From Ophelia neglecta (lineage: Eukaryota): DNA of 64,000 bases. Made by a program: the position numbers and the translations under genes. The stretch is taken from contig OZ260665.1 of assembly GCA_965285935.1 (NCBI GenBank), positions 54,374,001-54,438,000 on the forward strand, written 5' to 3'. Below the pieces are notes generated by a model. The model was not told where the DNA came from, ran no database searches, and saw only the letters and a program-made list of their open reading frames with translations. Shown piece by piece: positions 30,559 to 43,790 of the stretch (position 1 is its first letter; every line of letters starts with the position of its first letter).

Positions 30559-30830
30559 TTATTAAGGATTTTAAAGCATCTGTATCAAGGCAATGAACAG
30601 TAATTATGACGATGAAAACAATGCATGATCGGTTATTATAGCCTATAAGATTTTGTGTGATTGAATAATCTAGCTTGGGAAAATTCGCACGGGTTTATTA
30701 AGGATTTTAAAGCATCTGTATCAAGGCAATGAACAGTAATTATGACGATGAAAACAATGCATAATCGGTTATTATAGCCTATAAGATTTTGTGTGATTGA
30801 ATAATCTAGCTTGGGAAAATTCGCACGGGT
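30559..30830 (+). repeat. 136-bp tandem duplication (2 copies, 1 mismatch)
   Basis: 30559-30694 equals 30695-30830 except GCATGATCGG vs GCATAATCGG. Confidence 0.97.
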
Positions 30831-31297
30831 TTTTGTTAACCACGCGACTTAGGTAGAATTCAAATGACCACCCTGTCTGATGTAAAATAAATGTATAACC
30901 ATCCTCAATAGAGCAATAAAACCTGAACAAGTAAACCAGTCACGATTTATTTGTGTCAGAACACCTACTTCTTCACCATACAATTTGGTATATCGGTGCG
31001 TCCCTTTCACACCTTATCCCTATTTCTAAGAGGAGCGTTATCGGACTATTTAGAAAAAGAATATTGCTATAATAGCCGACCGCCGTATATCATTAAAGTA
31101 ATGAAAACGTGAATCTGAACAGTTCAAGAGAAGTAATCAATTCCATATTGACTTTTCTCCAGGCTGAAGCAATCGTATATTTGTGTTAAAGCGTGGGATA
31201 TTGTTTGAATAAACTGTAGTCACTATATCTATGGATCTTTCAATGTCTGTCTGGAGGACAGAGTCCCGGGCCAACAAATATTTTGTGTGTTGTGTTC

Positions 31298-31418
31298 ATT
31301 AACTTGATCGACTGAGTTTCCCTTCCCTATCAACAATAAAATATATATGACCACAATCTTGGAAAGAAGGGTAGTAGAAAACCAATTTTTTTTATGACAG
31401 CACATGATTTAAATAGTG
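31298..31418 (+). repeat. Dispersed direct repeat, copy A (~120 bp)
   Basis: Aligns by eye with 33447-33564 (TTAACTT.GATCGAC...CCCTATC...TATATGACCACA.TCTTGGAAA...GTAGTAGAAAA...AAATAGTG). Confidence 0.85.
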
Positions 31419-32199
31419 GTGCAAACGTGCCTCATAAATTGACAGGGTGTGATTTCGAAGGGTTTTCATGTTAGGTAGATATGCAGCAAATACAAATGAA
31501 AATCAACCGACCAATTATGTATAGTAATATATATTTATATGGAATATTTTCTAATAATTAACTGGGAACTGGCTATAGATCCCTAGTGATATTCCAGGTA
31601 ATACACTTATCTTGATTAATGCCTAGCCCTGACTTACCTGGGAAAGAAAAGTAGTGTGATTTTATGGTCATACGATACCTAGCAATTTGAATAATGACAA
31701 ATATAACTAATGCGATGGCATTAGTTCCGACAGGTCGGAAATGTACCGTAAATGACATAGGTTCGCTGTACATTACCCAGTTGATTTGTCGTTCATCCTT
31801 GTTATATGGTATGATGTATTAAAACCACCAACGAATCCACTGTAAGGAAATGTGATAAGGGTATAATTTGGAAGAGTGCCTCGCCTGGAACTGTGACATG
31901 TTCGGAGGAACAAAATTAACTTCATTACCTTAGAATATCATTCCTAGTTTGAAAATGCTGCATTCGAATTTTATTTTTAAACTGTTTCAAGAGTGGCCTA
32001 TAAATGCGTATGGTATAAACAAATTATCTGTCGACCTGTGCTACACTATATTTTCAGAGCCAGACGCATCTTTAGTTTTATTCGTCTTTATTGTACCTTT
32101 TTTGCTCTGCCACAATTTGACAATTGTCTGCTATTGCTTTCCGGACAAATATCGTCGTATGTCATAAATATAACATCCACACAATGCAAATGATGCTGT

Positions 32200-32500
32200 T
32201 TCACTTTACAAACCCAACTACCATTCCATAACATCCTTGACATAAGATAAAGGCTGTCTCCTGTTAAGTTTAAAATGATAAGTAACATCCTTCCTTTGAC
32301 TGTTATGGATTACTTGTTGCCACCTTAGTCCACTCGAGATTCTATTAGGACCCTCCATTCATCTTGGTTTGTCCCACATCGTGCGACCCCTTGCCTGCGG
32401 TAAGTGCTAACTATAGCCTTGAAGGAAGCAACAGTTCTCCTCCTTTTCCCATCGTCAATTTGCCTGGAACTCGTCTGCCTTTAACCCATCACATTATCGG
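32200..32500 (+). mobile_element. Decayed CR1-type LINE ORF2 3' end
   Basis: FKMISNILPLTVMDYLLP..TR followed by frameshifted FPSSI.. WNS(L)P resembles the FKIxx...P...SFFPxxIxxWNxLP terminus. Confidence 0.55.
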
Positions 32501-33446
32501 ACAAACCAGCACATTGGAACATACTTTGGGATAATGTTAGTGTCTGGCAAGCTGATTTATATGACTTTAATGATTAGCTGTCACATATAACGCCCTTCAT
32601 CGGTGATTTGCAAACTGACCAGTGTGGTGGTTGATAAACAACAACTCGGTAAACACTCAAGACACATTTAGTCATCTTTACCCATGGCTACCAGACACAG
32701 TGAAAGAGCCTAGTTCGTCATCAATGAGCATAATGATAGCACAGTCAGGGTAACTGGGTAACAACATTCGAGAAACGAAAGCTAGCATTCCTGTTGAGAG
32801 GGTAGACCCCGATAGATCTCTGAGAAATGTGATAGAGGAAATACTGATTAGCCAATAGCAGACTTGAGCCATATTGAAAAGATAGACTGTAAAATGGAAG
32901 TGATGAAATAAGAGATCCCGAACGAGGATCCAAACCAAAAAGGATTCCATTTATCAAGATATTCAAACACTTGATTCACTCTTGAGAATAAATGCAAGGA
33001 CCAAGGGAAATAGGCAGCACAACAATCTCAGCGAATGGTTTAATTAAATTAAGTACCGAATTCCTGAGACTCGTGCCTTTGGGACTAGAGAAAGATATTG
33101 GCTAAGAACTACCTAAACATAGAATCTCTACTTACACACCAACAGAACATCCAGCCGATTCGTATCGTATTGAACAAATAACCTTGTATGCGATGATATT
33201 GTTAAATTGGATAGGTACCGCCCAAAATGATTGCCTACTTGGGTACAATTGCAAACGTAGAAAAATAATTCAAATTTACTAATATATGGTCATATCATGC
33301 CTCTAGTATCAGGTGTACTTGTTATAAGATTTCTTAAGATGTATCCAAAACACTTAATATTATAACACACAAATAAGGCCAACGATGGAAAAACTGTTTT
33401 CACATTGACAAATAACCTATGTGTTCTGCCTTTTTCCCGGTGAGTT

Positions 33447-33564
33447 ATTAACTTAGATCGACCGATCTTCCCTCCCTATCCACCATGAAATTTATATGAC
33501 CACACTCTTGGAAAAAAAAGTAGTAGAAAAACAATTTTCATACCAGTACATGCACGAAATAGTG
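33447..33564 (+). repeat. Dispersed direct repeat, copy B (~120 bp)
   Basis: Diverged copy of 31298-31418, about 2.15 kb downstream. Confidence 0.85.
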
Positions 33565-35609
33565 ATGGGAGCGTATCCAATTGAGTATTCTAGAAGACAT
33601 GTTCATAAAAAGATAACCTCTGTAGATATACACAAGCATGTCACCATTCGCTGATCGAAAACAATACATTCACTGATTTAACTGACAAACTACACGAAGT
33701 GCTTTGTATGCACTTCCAATTTCCCTTTTGTTCGATATTAAACAGTCTAGTGAATGTTGCGCTTCACACACCTTTTTTTCCAGATTATATGAACCAGTTA
33801 AAACTGGCGATTCTGAAGCATAAAAACGCCATTTTCTACATACCAATCTTAAAGATAAAGGCACTGAACATCTTCGAATTAGTTTGCTTTTTTTTTTGCA
33901 GCAGCCAAATCCTAAAGCAAATATCTAACTACTTTCAGCAGTTGCACATATCCTTAATATATTGCCCCTCAGAATTTCAATTTTGCGGAAGTTTCATCCA
34001 CTAAATCAGATAGGGAATAGGTACAGTGACCTTTGCTTGTGTATTGAAACTCAGTTTTCCACATTAAGATATAGACCATGTGGCCATATTAGTGAGTGTT
34101 GACCTCGAATCTAATATCAATACTCAACTTCTAACAATCAATCAAAAAATTCTAAATACATCTAACAACGAAAATTCTTATGGGAAGCAAACCGCCAAAT
34201 AATATATGAGGCTCTCAGGTATGCATTGGATTTGGTTAAACCAATGGATAAAGACAAGGACCTCTCTGTTGGATTGGATCGAAGAAACTACTAATAACAG
34301 AACTTACTTTTAAATCGGTCATTCAGCTACGACACCAAATGATATAATGGTGATTTTTATTTACATTAAAGGGCTATAGTAACATTTCAAACTCATGTTA
34401 AGCAGTTTATAAGAAGCAAAAGCATAAGTATATCTAATACATTTACCACCTACGAATGTGATTTGATAATTATAAAGGTCAGTCATGCCTACATTGCTGT
34501 CTATCCATTGGAAATAATCTGCAATATAACTGACATGGGCATTATTTTGAATTCGTGCTTTCCTATATCAGAGTAGTCATTTAATTATTGATAGTGTCAT
34601 GTGTTAGCTGAGGGTTTAAATAATCTCACTCACTTGCTGGTGATTCCAACTAAAAGAGTCTATGTAATATATCGAGGGTTTGAATTTACATTACAGTCCT
34701 GATTATTATAAATGCTACATAGTATTGCCTCCGGGTTGCAATTGCAATTTCACTAGGGACTTGTAAAAGCAATTACTGTTGCTTACGAGGCACAATATCT
34801 ACCATAAATGCGACGAACATCACATCTGCCTAACAACGGGTTCATGCACGCATTGTTTAAATGAGTTACAATGACTGGCTTCAGACAAATGAAGATTTGT
34901 TGTTTGAGGCATGACCTAAAGCTCTCTTGAAAAAAGCCAACTACGATTTCTAAAAATGGGCACTCATAATGTAAGATATTTTATTATTAAAATATGACTC
35001 TTTTTATCTAGGGTTCAGGTCCATATCATGTATTTCAAGAGGTTTGTAATAATAATCCGTATACACACGTATATCCACGAAACAGGAGTTCGAGAAGAAT
35101 GTCATTTTTTTGCTCATTTATTAAATCAAGCTAGTAATGTGAGCTATTACCTTGTAAAGGGACACAATGGAACAATTCAAAACAAGAAAAGTTGGGGAAA
35201 TATAATGCCAATCTAAAAATTATGAGTTGAATTATTTCTATTCTTGGTATGCATATTAAACTACAATATCCAACATGTGAGAATAAAAAAAAACAAGCAA
35301 ATAGGACACAATGATACAGAAGTAGATGTTGCGTCAAAAAGTTGAGTAGCACGTGGCAACTTATTCCAGGGCGTGTTGACTGGTGCAAAATATCGAAAGA
35401 ACTGGAAATGTTATCAAAGCTAGAAATGTCGATGTCCAAAGCAAATAACAACAGAGTTACACAATTTCAAAAAAATATGCCTCGGCCTCTATACTTAAAA
35501 CACCAGTTGCCAGCACCATCTTCTAATCTGCAAGGAGGCTATTTTATCGCCTCGTTCCTTTTTTTTAATGTTGCACATTTTAAAAGGATGAATTTTAATA
35601 GCGGAGTTA

Positions 35610-35915
35610 CCCATCTAACATTGGTACTAGTTTTTAAGTGTTTCCATGGTATTTTCCCTTTTTACATGTCAAATGTTTTCGATAAGGAAAGAGGCAGACA
35701 CCCATATGTAAGTAGTTGAAATGGTTTGGTACTTCCTAGGTAAAGGGTTAGTACCAGGGTTGTCTCCTTGCAGATTTGAAGCTTTGAAATCTATTGGTGT
35801 TTGAAGTATAATACCAGGGTTTATTTGTCTGAAATCTTGTAATTCTATTCATAATTTGGATAACATTTCAGGATCTGACCTCATATTGTGCACTGCTAAA
35901 GAATGGAAATAGGCT
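35610..35915 (+). mobile_element. Decayed L2/CR1-type LINE ORF2 3' end
   Basis: LVLVFKCFHGIFPFYMSNVF...HPY...LVLPR and a later AKEW match the typical C-terminal pattern (FKxLHGLAPxYL...HxYxTR...LPR...AKxWN). Confidence 0.65.
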
Positions 35916-38219
35916 GGAAATAATTTTTTAAGCTATATGCTTATTTTTAACTTTTGGGCACTACCCCTATACTGTTCCTGTATGCTTGTGTGCTATTGAT
36001 TTACCTGTTTTATTGTCACATGCTGTTCTAGGTAACTATGTGTGTATACATCAATTCAAGTCCCTTTCGAATCATGCTCCGTCTTATGTTTTAGTGGGAC
36101 ATGTATACCTTATACCGGAGCATTAGAAATTGGCCAATATGGAAAAGAACTCTAATTGTGTTTTTGGCGATGGAAGTTAATATAAAGCCATTTAGTTAAG
36201 TAAAACTTTGGTATTCATTAAACTGAATTAATATCTTTTTATTTGAGGACAGCAAAACCTCACGTTGATAATGTCATACTCTCGGAAAGTGGAAACCACA
36301 TTAATGTTTTGAAGGTCACTCTGTCAAATGCAATAATCTTATCGCTGTTTTCGTATAACTTGATATTTGAAAGGTTAAAACGCAGTATATATGTTCGCAA
36401 GAACTTTAGTTGGTGTCATATACCGACTGCTGAAATATGCATGTATCTTTTTTTGTCCAGTGGTTGATAAATGGCCAGTAAAGATTACATCACTAGAGTC
36501 TTGTCTTTTTTATAATAATAATAAACCCGGACGAAACCCTAATGCAACTAAAAGTAATACCAAAGTGCGCAACGACATGTAGGGTAAGAACACTTTGCCT
36601 GTAATGAGTTACGCAGAGAATGTATTGGGTCAAGATGAAAAGGACAAAGCAATAACTATATAAACTTGCAAAAATGAGCAAAGCATCAACACAAAGGCAA
36701 GTGGGGATTGAAGCTCGGCAAATTGAGTAATTTGTTCACACGAAGGAAACTAATTTTTAAAGAAAACTAGGAAATGAAACCATGAAATTTGGAAATTGCT
36801 TACTTTCAGTTAATTGCAATGAAGGCTGTAAGTATTGTGATTCTCCTCGAGCCTGGGTTCTACAAGTTCTCGAGCCCTGTGTAATCCTTGGATTAATATT
36901 TATACGTGAATTCGGAAATGAGTGAGGAAAGTACAAGCAATTACAAAGGCCGCACAGGAAACTCGAATCATGCGATTGGAAGTAGGAATACCGCTTTCAA
37001 GGAATGGGACCAATGTCTCGCAAATGGAGATGGTCTTTTCCCGTGTTCAATTTTTGGGCTTTTGATTTGTTATTATTCGTTATTTCCAAAGCTATTCATT
37101 CGTCCTTCAAATTCCGATTAAGTTTAATTATTCACAACCTACAATTTCCCTATATATGCAGGTCAGATTATAGTAAAGTAACTTGCAAGAACTCACTCTC
37201 ACAGATTACATATCTTAAATGCCCGGAGGATTAAAATTATGTTTTGACCGTGGCAACTAGGGATCCAAAAGTCACTTTAAACACCAAACCATAAACACAC
37301 TTTTTATATTTATTTGCTCCTCGTCATGGTTATACTAGACAGAAAACATTGAATAAGAAACAGTTGGTTAATTTCCCTGACACCCACCACTAAAAAATAT
37401 CAATTAAGTTTTGAGTATTATGTGCTGTTTGTCAAAAGTAGGTCTATACACTATTTCGGTTTTCCTTTCCGATTCAACTCCCACTACCAACTCGATCTAC
37501 CCACCAAGCTTGTAGCAATTTCTGCTACCATATCAGTCGCAGGTGGTGTTCTGCTGCCATTCCATACAGATCTGTGTATCGTTTGATAAATCGCTAAATA
37601 TAATAGATCACCGCATGTCATAAAAATAGTCAAGACCACGAAATACTTTCCTTCTAAAACCATGATCCATGTCACTCTCCAAACAAATTGCTATCTATAG
37701 AACAAATTTTCCTCATTTACACAAATGATGTGATCCATTTATTATCTTTATTGCCCAGATTATATTGGGATATTGCTTGACATGAAATTCGCTGCTTTAC
37801 TTAATTGTGCATCTAGACTTGCATTCCCTACTCGCCTAATTATCCACATCGTGTAGGTTTGAGGTTAGCAGCCAAACGTCTTACAGGATTTGACCTCAAT
37901 TAACTTTTACTGATTGACGGCTTGACAGGTCGAATGCAAAGCACTAGCCTCTCCAGATTTCAAAGAAATTGAGGTCCAGATTCTCAAAATTGCCACCATT
38001 AAAGGGGATTCTGCAGCAGGGTTAGGAAAAAGATGTCCCGAACGTTAGATACAAACGTATTTTCGCTGGAGTTGAACATGTAAGTGATTGAAAACGATAA
38101 ATTTCTTGCCTGACGACTCATGTGACACTGTATTTTTGCAGTCACCCACTTATTATGTTTTGCACCATTAAATGTCAAGACTTGATAAAAACAGTCTTGT
38201 TGTTTTTTACCGCAACAAT

Positions 38220-38560
38220 GGGGCAGTTATTCATTTGCTACAATACTTTTGAACCGAGGTTTTTCCAACAAATCATTGAAGTAGAGGTCATGTCTGACTT
38301 TCGTAGACATTTTCAAAGGATACACCCGAAAAGGGTAAATTATGCCGAAATGTGATAAGTAATACCAGACATAGCCAAAGCCAAGCCTGGCACACGAGGC
38401 ACCCGATTGTTTTAAGCCGCGCCGGATGCAAGCCAGCATCGTCTTTTGGGGAATTCCTTTGTGATGTGGCTCCATTGCAAATCTGCCGACCATGTTCCCA
38501 CTCCATTATGTACCCGGCTCCAAGCCAGGCAGAAAACTGCATTCATCTCTTTAGCCAAGC
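38220..38560 (-). mobile_element. Decayed non-LTR retrotransposon ORF2 C-terminal region (clade uncertain, possibly RTE-X-like)
   Basis: ORF 38227..38493(-) contains GIPQKTML...RLGFGYVW, resembling the RLPKxxY...LLxxLGFGYVW pattern downstream of RT in some invertebrate LINEs. Confidence 0.55.
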
Positions 38561-41239
38561 AGGTTCGGCTTAGACAATTAGTGGAGGAACGATTTACCTC
38601 CAAGTACATGTATATAGCATATTTTGTTCAGGAAAAACGCGCGAGGCATTTCACAAACAAAGTCACAGGTTACAACTTTATAACCGAAGACAAATCGACC
38701 AGATATTAACGACCGAACAATCTAAGATCACGAAAAAAACTCACATGGACCTACCCTGCACTTAAGCGGGGCGGCACGAGAAGAACCGAGATTAATAAAG
38801 CCCGTTAAGAATCAGCGTTATGTGACCCAATCTTGGCCATGAACATAGCTGACTATAACAAAATGTTTTATAAGTTCAAATAAGCCCACATAATAGCCAA
38901 GGCTGACAAAACCGTCAGTGATTATGACTGTTGATGATCTGCATATTCTGACTGCTTTCATAATCATATTCACACGATTCAGCGAATAGGCTGAGTGCAT
39001 GGAGAGGTACTTCAAACGAGCTTCACCTGCTCAAAGCTGCCCTTCACCTTTTATCAAACATAGCTTGTTCTTGGTAAAAGGGTTTTATTGCAGTAAAATA
39101 TTTGCTGAAAATAACCATTACTGCGTGCTCATTTATGGATTTTGCCATATTTGGCTTTGATAGGCAAAATTGTAATTTCCCTTATCTGACAAGTGGACCA
39201 AAGAAATTCAATCTGTTCAAGATGAAAAGTGTTCTGGTGATCATTCAGTTAAACTATTGTACCTGTGTAATGGCAACATCAAATTTTTCGTTAATTAAAA
39301 GACAATGAGAATGTATGAACACATATGAATATTTTGCAATTTGTTCCTTAATATTTTCGTTTGGACTTGCTTCACGACAGTAAAAGCCAAATGTCTGCTC
39401 TGTCGAATGGTTTTCATTTCTAGATTTATTTGCCATATATCAACCTTTATTCACTTTATCATGCACAAACGGAGATCAAAAATTGACAAAGTATTAATTT
39501 GAAAGTGCAAATAGTCATGCTCTTTTGATTTAGAGCGCATTGGGGAAATAATATAATAGAAAATAATTAATTGTCAAGCCAGATATAATTCGAATTCGAC
39601 CACGCACAAGAATACCATTATTCATTGATTCCTGGAAATCCCTGTCGGTGGTATCTCATTTAGCCTGTTTAGAGAATGCAGACAGTGCATATAACTGTGT
39701 TTTCCCCGAATGTGGCTCAAATATGAATTTGGCAGTGACAGAAACACGAAGTTCCCCAATGAGGTTTGCGCTCCTCCCAAATGTGTAAATGCAACCACAT
39801 AAATCAGTCGGGTATTTCATGATCTATAGGAATAATAATGAAATAGGACGTAGACAAAATTGTACATTTGCCTTATTTATGATAACGGTGCGATATTGCT
39901 GTACTGGGCTACAAATCAATGTGTTCAAGGCTGCAACCATAACACCTTTGAACGCCTTTACATAAAATAAGCAAGCAACACAGTGATAACTGAATGTAAT
40001 TTCAATGTATGCGGAACATACAAAATCTGGCTGTTGAGCGAGGGGCAATCAACATATAGATTAAAAAAGCTGGATAGAAATGTAAATTGACCTTGGTTTT
40101 AAAAGGATCCAGCGGTAAATGTGTCCCTTAAAGTATATGGTAACTGTTCCAAAACACAGGAGTCACATTAAGAAATGACGCTCCCCATTATCGATTTGAT
40201 CTGTGGTACCGCGAGGAGATTATTGATACAGAGTGGAGAAGACGGCCTGGACAGGAGCTCATCCAAGTTATAAGTTGAGATGATTTTCCTGTGAATGGCC
40301 TGTAAGTTGTGAGGCCTAGTTTGAATTTTGTTGGCTGCCTAGTCGGTAATCAGGGAAGAGAGCGTAGGAGAGGGTTGATGTGGAAACCTCACCCACCCTA
40401 GTTATCCAGCAAGCTGCAGAAATCTTCACTGGGAGGAGACTGTTCATCAAAGAACTGGTCCACTGTTCAAACTAGTGGGCTTGTCCAAATTGGTTGTTGC
40501 CAATAAAGACTTTCCTGTAATGTGTTTCCGTATCCTGTTCTCATACAGTTGGTAATGGCTGCTCGGCAAGTGTTTACATTCGGCTTCACCATGGAGAGGG
40601 CATTGCAAAAGTTATCACCGATGTTCCTTGCCGACAATGAGGCTGGTATGAGATACTGAGGCAACTCCACACATCACAAGAGTAGGATGTCTTACATTTT
40701 ATCGATGCATTTGAAATGCAAAAAGTGAAAGAACTAAAAGAAAATCCTAGACGAAGGCTACTGAGGCTTTATTATATTGTTCCATGTTTAATATGGCCGA
40801 ATCGTACAATGATGATTTAGCATGCACATCATGCCTTAAAGAGTCGTTTTACTGTATGTGTATATATACTCATTGTCAATGATATGTTCAATAATTACCT
40901 GAGCATTTGATCTAGACTGGAACCAGGCCGTCTACCCAAAACACATTCATAAACAGTAAAAACACTCCATCATTACAGATTTTAAAAATACCTGATCTAA
41001 TGATAACAGTTCCACCCATGAAAATTTCAGAGAAAGCTGTATTTATCATCGTAACGAATATCCATTAATTACTAAAAAATAACTCCCATCGCAGCAATTG
41101 CAAAAGAACTGAGTCTGCAACTCGATCTGAATTTTTAGATTTGATTATTATAAACCGACTGCCCATATTCCTTCTCTTTGTTTACCTATAATATTAACTA
41201 TACGTGAATATCAGTATTGCCTTATACTTTGGTGCCAGA

Positions 41240-41610
41240 CAATGAACATCAGTAAAATCGACATATAGCGCACTGTTAATTACAAACATGGTTATCACCG
41301 TAGCCTAAATATTACCTACAAAAGCCCTGTTGTCAAGGCTTAAAATATAAACCATATAGCTTATTCAAGGATTAAAAGAGGCCCCAGTATTGACCCTAGG
41401 GGGACACCACAATACGATTTGAGGACACCAATGTCCCACTCAATTGAATATACTTAACTCTTTGCACTATGAAGTATACGATGTAAGCTATTCCACATTT
41501 CTTTGGCTTAACGCCCACAGCAGCTAATAATTTGTTGTTTACGGTGTCGACAGCTTTTGTAAACCTTATAATACAGCACCAGTCATAAAGCCCTCATTCA
41601 TATTCATTTT
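41240..41610 (-). mobile_element. Decayed CR1/L2-type LINE reverse transcriptase fragment
   Basis: Minus-strand translation gives, in the correct order, NMNEGFMTGAV..KAVDTVN (cf. TGAVFxDLxKAFDTV), CGVPLGSILGPLL (cf. GVPQGSILGPLLF) and ALYVDFT (cf. LYADDT), interrupted by stops and frameshifts. Confidence 0.85.
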
Positions 41611-42723
41611 AGCAATAACACTTAAAAGCCAGTCCAGCACTCTTGGAAGAAACTCTTCTGAAGACAGTTTGTTTGTCATAAAATAACCTCTGTCTAAGAA
41701 GATAACTATATACATGTAATTGATTATCAACAAAGCGCTGCTGTCTTTTCCTGTTTCCTTGGGTGCTCTGATCCTAATATTTAAGACTGCAGAGTATCAT
41801 TTTGATATATAGCACAAGGAAACTATTCTTGATTATTTCATGAAAGCAACGGCAACAAACAAAACGACTGATAGTTATGTGGAACATCTGGAAGGGTATT
41901 TTTTTCGCTTTCAAAGCTAGCAGTGGATTGTCATAAAAAAGTTCCAATTAATATTATCAGGACACATCAACAGCTACGAAAGTTATGTTTACAAAACAAA
42001 GCATAAATCATATGCTTGATAGTGACAGACTGATCTATTTAAATGTTAGCAACGAGCTGTAACTAATGATTGTGTGAACTTCGTATGACAAACGGATGAC
42101 TTATATAGAAAGGTATATGTTAAGTTCCATTACAGCAGACCGCTGGAAGAATCGTTTTATATCTTCTCTACATGGTGACCGCAGGTAAAAAAAAACACTC
42201 TTTCCCGAAAGCTGACGGGTATCTTCAAATGATGCTTTAAAGGTATAAAACGGCGACTTCCTGAGGGGTGTCGATTTCCCTATTCTGCCCTGCGGCGGGC
42301 ACGGTAGAACACTGAGACGTTCAGAAAGACGTATAATGATGGTTGTCTGCTAATAGTAACTGTAAGGTGTACACATAAACAGTGCTTAATAAATGGCAAA
42401 TAGGCATGTACAGCGTGGTAAATTCATAAAAATTATAACATTAAATTATATAGCTTATCTATTTTATGAACAGGTATCTGAATAAAATTGCATATCCCGC
42501 TGTGGTCATGAAAAGAAATGTTATGTCCAACAATCAACTCTATAACCTTGTTTTGAACCAAAACCAATAGAAATAGCATAAGCTTGCCCCCAAATTCAAT
42601 CGGTCATTGGCTGCAACCACCACAGACACTTCACTTATCAAACCCGCTGCCTATATAATTTTTTTGCGAGTGCAAGACACAATATTTACGATGTTGTGCC
42701 AAAAGGCAAATTGAGTCACTCAC

Positions 42724-43074
42724 CTGCAGAGGTTTATATCAACTGCTTTTCCTCTCTGTAACCAAACAGGATGCTTGATGCTGAGCTTGTTGTCGTTTTC
42801 CAGAATCTCTTGCAATTTATTTTCATCATTGTGAAGTGTTTAAGTGAGATACAGTTCAAATAAATAACAGTTCATGGTCGCCTTCATTTCAGAGATACGT
42901 TCCAACGACCTTTTGTCGATGCTAGATTTGCAATGGAATGTTCCTCGCCAAGATGCCTGCACAACAGACATGGCATCCTGTTGAAGACTGACCCCTTGTG
43001 GCCAGTGAAAAACAAAAACACGTGCACCTCGGCCTTTAGCTTCCGTAGTTCTTCTCATGTGCTAATCATGGCCA
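42724..43074 (-). pseudogene. Exon-like relic (351 nt) with consensus splice sites but stops in all frames
   Basis: Minus strand acceptor TTTCTGATTTTTCAG| and donor CAG|GTGAGT; length divisible by 3; coding-like composition. Confidence 0.4.
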
Positions 43075-43154
43075 CTGAAAAATCAGAAATGTTTTGGGAT
43101 TAGAGAAGGTGATACAAGATAACGAATGCCAGGCAGCCAGAGAGGGCCTTTATA

Positions 43155-43790
43155 TCCGGGGAGAAACACACCACATTCTACTTTATCATATAAACCGTCC
43201 CGATCTAGGTAAGCTCCTAATGTTCATTATCATAAATCATAAAAATTGACACATAGCCTACCAAGAGGGTGATCTTTCGGCGAGTGGATAGCTTAAAAAT
43301 CGAATGGCAAGACAAAAAATGCGAATGGCGAGATAAAAAGGCGAGCGATGAAATATATTATTGTAGGCCTTTGGTGGTATTAGGTAAATTTAGCACAGGA
43401 GCGTGCAACTGGAGTTTCGAAGTTATACCTTTGAATCGCTCAAAAAACATACCATTGGTTAAGGATATCTGGCAAAACCGAATCCTTGGCTAGGGAAATC
43501 TGACACAAAAACAACCCTTGGTAGAAAGGTTCTTTGTAAATAAAAGCAATTCCTTTTCATGACTTGCATGCTAGAATAACACTATTTATGTACAAAAGAG
43601 GACACATGGTACTTCTTCAGGCATTATTATAGTGAAAATGACTCCTTGAGACAAATTTTATAGTGACTAAAAACCGACACTTGGTTTAGGACATATGGTA
43701 AAAAACGACCAATGGTTAGGGATATGGACATTTGCCAAGGAAAACGACCCTTCCTAGCGGCACACTCGTAGTATGGCCGTTCCGTTAATT
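43155..43790 (+). mobile_element. Decayed non-autonomous DNA transposon remnant with ~32-bp subterminal-type repeats
   Basis: At least five degenerate AAAAACnnACCCTTGGTTAxGGA units (43441-43530, 43669-43750) and GGCGAG motifs at 43278-43346. No intact TIR or TSD found. Confidence 0.5.

Noticed and set aside
40200-40670. Possible L1/Tx1 C-terminal relic on the minus strand
   Set aside because: Coding-like composition but no diagnostic motif could be confirmed.
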